Shown here: positions 60,515-64,000 of the stretch, piece by piece
Numbering within the stretch: position 1 is the first letter of the stretch
Layout of the letters: the number at the start of each line of letters is the position of its first letter
Assembly (NCBI GenBank): GCA_018673485.1
Contig: JABHCP010000011.1
Span: 5,417-69,416 of the forward strand
Reading direction: 5' to 3'
DNA from: Candidatus Uhrbacteria bacterium
Lineage (GTDB): Bacteria > Patescibacteriota > Patescibacteriia > UBA9934
Length of the DNA: 64,000 bases
The notes under the pieces: generated by a model
Told to the model about the DNA's origin: nothing
What the model saw: the letters and a program-made list of their open reading frames with translations, nothing else
Databases searched by the model: none
Program-made: the position numbers and the translations under genes

Positions 60515-60898
60515 CTATGCCAAGAATCCAAGGTACCCAAGTACCAATCCAATGATTAAAACAATAAATGACGATGCGAATAATGCACCACCGGTTTTCA
60601 TCATGCTCTTTGCAAAATTAGTAAACACTTTTGGAATAAGCAACCAAAAAGCTCCTTTAAGAAGAGTTATCCAACCAATTACAGTGATAATTACTGGCCA
60701 CCCTTCCCAAATATTATGAGATACTACCATAGCTGCACCAAGCAATAGCGCCCAGATAGCAATAGAGAACACAGCAGTGGAATTTTTTATCATCCCATCG
60801 ACTACCTTACCCATGGTTTTAGCATTGAACATCATCCCAAAACCAAATACTACAAAGTAAATTGCGAACACCTTAGCGAAAAATATTGATAATTCCAT
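60515..60898 (-). CDS. Membrane protein (about 4 TM)
   Basis: HNIW..W..IIT.IGW..L.KG. Confidence 0.7.
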   Translation of the reverse strand: MELSIFFAKVFAIYFVVFGFGMMFNAKTMGKVVDGMIKNSTAVFSIAIWALLLGAAMVVSHNIWEGWPVIITVIGWITLLKGAFWLLIPKVFTNFAKSMMKTGGALFASSFIVLIIGLVLGYLGFLA

Positions 60899-60947
60899 AT
60901 TATAATTTATAGCAGAAAAGGACCCGTTAAGGCCCTTCTCATTTTTC

Positions 60948-61424
60948 TTATCTAACCAAGCTAATTGCAGCTCCGCCCTCTGGGTCACAAGCTCCAACCT
61001 CAATTGTACCGTTTGTTCCCTTCATCAGATAATAATCTGTTAGAAGTGCGGTACCTGTACTTGGGTCTAGAGGAACCGACCCAAGATATCCTTCAGTGAC
61101 TAACGCTGACAGATCAACACATGCATTCTGTGTAGTTTGCGCTGTACATCCAACGTTACATCCCGTTGCCCCGTTTGTTCCGATCGTGTAGTACAGATCA
61201 TCAGTAAGTGCAACAACTGATGCAACGTATGCTCCACCATTGTCAACCTGGTCGGTAACAACTGCAGTTAGTACATTGTTTAGATCATTGAACCGTCGTG
61301 CATCACGAGCTTCTTGGAACCGAGTCACAGGATCCAAAGCTACGAAAATAGCTGCTGCTAAAATTGCAATAACTGCAATTACGATCAGCAATTCAATCTA
61401 AGTAAAACCTTTTTGGTTTTTCAT
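60948..61424 (-). pseudogene. Type IV pilin with an in-frame TAG in the prepilin motif
   Basis: ATG AAA AAC CAA AAA GGT TTT ACT TAG ATT GAA TTG = MKNQKGFT*IELLIVIAVIAIL. Confidence 0.75.
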
Positions 61425-61507
61425 ATTTTGAAAAGAAAATTATTAAGTGTTTTGAGTATATCATTTGTACAAGCTATTGTGTATAATGTTATTAAGGTTT
61501 TCCACAT

Positions 61508-62815
61508 ATGTTTTCAAAAAAGGAGGATTCGAAAAAAACCAATGATGCCGTAGGGTCAAAAAAGAACGTTCCAATAATCGGGACTTCTGATTTGGAAAAG
61601 ATGATCAAGGCAGCCGGAACAAAGACAGCGCGAGAAACGCTGGTTATTGAGTTTATGGATGCACTCATGCTCTATGCAAATCAAAACAGAGCGTCGGATG
61701 TTCACCTAGAACCAAAGCGTGAAGGTATGGCGATAGTTAGATTGCGAGTGGATGGAATGCTCCGAGATGAATTTGAAATTCCGTATTCACTGCACAGCCA
61801 GTCTGTTGCGCGATTAAAGATCATGACCAACATGCGCTCGGACGAACATCGCGCACCGCAAGATGGACGATTTTCGTTTAAAACACAAGTTGAAACTGTC
61901 GACGTGCGCGCATCGATAATAGCAACCGTATATGGTGAGAAAGTTGTACTTCGACTCCTCTCAGGCGCAACACACGGACTCACACTTGAAGACTTAGGAT
62001 TTTCTGAAACCGACCTGCAAAGATTACGCGCGCAAATCAAGAAGCCGTGGGGAATGATTTTGGCGACTGGTCCAACTGGATCTGGAAAGACAACATCAAT
62101 TTACGCAGTGCTTGAGGAGCTAAACAGGCGAGAAGTAAACATATCCACAATCGAGGATCCGGTCGAATTCAAATTAGGAGACGTAAACCAAAGCCAAGTA
62201 GATAGACCAGCTGAGTTTACATTCGCGACAGGACTGCGCTCTCTTTTACGACAAGACCCGGATATTATTATGGTGGGTGAGATTCGTGACAAAGAAACTG
62301 CAAAAATAGCTGTAAACGCCGCACTTACTGGACATAAAATGTTATCCACACTGCACACCAACGACGCGCCAACAACAATCCCACGTCTTATGGATATGGG
62401 TGTTGAGCCGTATTTGGTTGCATCGACCTTTAATTGTGCTGTAGGCCAACGTCTTATGCGTCGAGTTTGTGAAAAATGCGCAAAAGAGATTTCTTTAACT
62501 AAAGCTGAAGCTGTCAAAAAATTGCCCGAAGCTACAGTCAAGTTAGTATTCAAAGACAAGGATAGCATCGAGATAATGGAAGCTGTAGGGTGTGAAGCTT
62601 GTGGAAAAAGTGGATATCACGGACGAATAGGAATATATGAAGTGCTGGTCAATACACTGGAAATGCAAAGTCTTATCGCTCAACGTGCTGAAAGCACTGT
62701 AATTCGTGAAAAAGCAATCCAGCAGGGAATGACAACCATGGAAGAAGATGGGGCGCGAAAGCTACTACAAAAAGTTTCAACACTTGATGAATTCATGAGA
62801 GTTTTGCATGAGTAA
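61508..62815 (+). CDS. pilB: Type IV pilus / T2SS assembly ATPase (PilB/GspE)
   Basis: ASDVHLEP, R.RVDG, PQDG, GPTGSGKTT, TIEDPVE, LRQDPD, GEIRD, CxxC pairs. Confidence 0.92.
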   Translation: MFSKKEDSKKTNDAVGSKKNVPIIGTSDLEKMIKAAGTKTARETLVIEFMDALMLYANQNRASDVHLEPKREGMAIVRLRVDGMLRDEFEIPYSLHSQSVARLKIMTNMRSDEHRAPQDGRFSFKTQVETVDVRASIIATVYGEKVVLRLLSGATHGLTLEDLGFSETDLQRLRAQIKKPWGMILATGPTGSGKTTSIYAVLEELNRREVNISTIEDPVEFKLGDVNQSQVDRPAEFTFATGLRSLLRQDPDIIMVGEIRDKETAKIAVNAALTGHKMLSTLHTNDAPTTIPRLMDMGVEPYLVASTFNCAVGQRLMRRVCEKCAKEISLTKAEAVKKLPEATVKLVFKDKDSIEIMEAVGCEACGKSGYHGRIGIYEVLVNTLEMQSLIAQRAESTVIREKAIQQGMTTMEEDGARKLLQKVSTLDEFMRVLHE

Positions 62816-63959
62816 AGAAAAATCTCCTAAAATAAAAAAAGAAAAGGTGGAATCAAAATCTACCGATTCCTCTGAACAGGTACCGATAAAAAAGAAAGTC
62901 TCGCTTTCAACAAGGCTCAATGTAAGATTGGGCTCAAAAGAAAAAGTACTTTTTGTAAAGTACATGTCTGTATTACTTGAATCAGGCCTGCCGCTTGATC
63001 AAGCTTTAGACATTTTACTCACCCAATCAAAAGGACCACTCAAAAAAATCTTAGAATCCGTATCAGTAGAGATTCAAAATGGAAAGCAATTAGCTGACGG
63101 TCTTGAGCACTATCCACACATTTTCTCAGAGGTATTCATTAACTTGATTCGTGCTGGTGAAAATACTGGAACACTTAAAGAAAACTTAGCGTACTTGGCC
63201 GAACAAGCACAAAAACAATACGACTTAAAGCAAAGTATCCGCGGCTCAATGATGTACCCAATCATTGTCTTACTCGGTGGCGCGATTGTGAGTGTATTTA
63301 TCATCGTATTCATTTTCCCAAATATCGTAGCCTTGTTTGACACATTAGATGTTGAGCTTCCGTTTGCCACAAAGGTACTACTTTGGATAGCAGATGTATT
63401 TGAAAACTATCCATTGCATTTAATCGCTGGAATTATACTTGCAATAGCTCTATTTATCATTGCTAGAAAAATTAGAACTACTAGATACATTTTAGATGCA
63501 ATGTTTCTTCGTGTTCCGATCGTTGGACGAATACTGCGCGACAGCACACTGTCAAATGTGTTCAGACTACTGGGCACACTACTCGAAAGTGGAATGCCTT
63601 TGAAGAAATCCATCAAGGTCACGCGTTCGACAGCGAATAATATGGTTTTTCAGAAAATGTTTGACGACCTAGAAGACCAAGTTAATCAAGGTGGGGAACT
63701 AGTCACCGTATTGCGCAAGTATGACCATATTGTTCCACTCATGTCAGTGCGGCTTATCCACGTTGGCGCACAAACTGGTAAGCTCGAACACATGCTTTTG
63801 TATCTAGCAAATTTTTACAGCAAGGAAGTAGACGAACTATCAAAGAAGATCTCTGTAGTCATCGAGCCGATACTAATCATTGGAATAGGTTTCATGATTG
63901 GATTTTTGGCATTCGCGATCATAACACCTATTTATCAAGTAATAACTAGCGTTGGGTAA
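62808..63959 (+). CDS. pilC: Type IV pilus platform protein (PilC/GspF)
   Basis: SGLPL..AL, AGE..G.L, MYP, EP motifs. Confidence 0.9.
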   Translation: MSKEKSPKIKKEKVESKSTDSSEQVPIKKKVSLSTRLNVRLGSKEKVLFVKYMSVLLESGLPLDQALDILLTQSKGPLKKILESVSVEIQNGKQLADGLEHYPHIFSEVFINLIRAGENTGTLKENLAYLAEQAQKQYDLKQSIRGSMMYPIIVLLGGAIVSVFIIVFIFPNIVALFDTLDVELPFATKVLLWIADVFENYPLHLIAGIILAIALFIIARKIRTTRYILDAMFLRVPIVGRILRDSTLSNVFRLLGTLLESGMPLKKSIKVTRSTANNMVFQKMFDDLEDQVNQGGELVTVLRKYDHIVPLMSVRLIHVGAQTGKLEHMLLYLANFYSKEVDELSKKISVVIEPILIIGIGFMIGFLAFAIITPIYQVITSVG

Positions 63960-64000
63960 TGAAAAAACCAGGATTTACATTTCTTGAAATTTTAGTAGTC
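63959..64000 (+). CDS. Pilin, N-terminus only (truncated at window end)
   Basis: MKKPGFTFLEILVV, TAATG overlap with pilC. Confidence 0.75.
   Translation, partial: MKKPGFTFLEILVV

Noticed and set aside
60330-60719. ORF-track ORFs spanning repeats (also 4106-4513, 3936-4235, the 10966 extension and 22522-22911)
   Set aside because: They translate palindromic repeats or antisense strands of real genes; treated as shadow ORFs.

Overview
About 64 kb of an AT-rich bacterial chromosome that looks like Patescibacteria/CPR (inferred from gene content: type IV pilus genes, gatCA, dnaG-rpoD, DKNYY, DUF2914 and CxxC-x17-CxxC proteins, many small ORFans; standard genetic code). Housekeeping blocks (recJ, rnhA, pilM/pilD, ligA, gatCA, udk, dnaG, rpoD, lgt, deoD, two ABC-F genes, truB-like, greA, pilB/pilC) flank an accessory region anchored on tRNA-Asn. 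There, an ~8.8 kb element (large serine recombinase, R-M pair, HTH, rolling-circle-type Rep, DUF2779) is inserted at the tRNA 3' end. It is followed by four 32-bp att-like repeats ending in the tRNA 3' core (C)GGAGCCA, which separate single-gene units. Read on the minus strand, each repeat encodes a conserved peptide (W-x-RILNGFRTV-x-W...) that is in frame with the recombinase at the shared core. This suggests that integration splits the recombinase gene and swaps its C-terminus, and that an integron-like cassette array has built up behind the tRNA. Other notable items: a DUF559 nuclease whose flanking palindromic repeats also sit in frame inside lgt, a family of long CGATCG-centred palindromes, nested REP-like elements inside terminator loops, GC-rich single-gene islets with their own promoters, a pilin with an amber stop, and an rpoD with a broken W-dyad. 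All calls are by eye from the sequence and the ORF track; no database searches were run.
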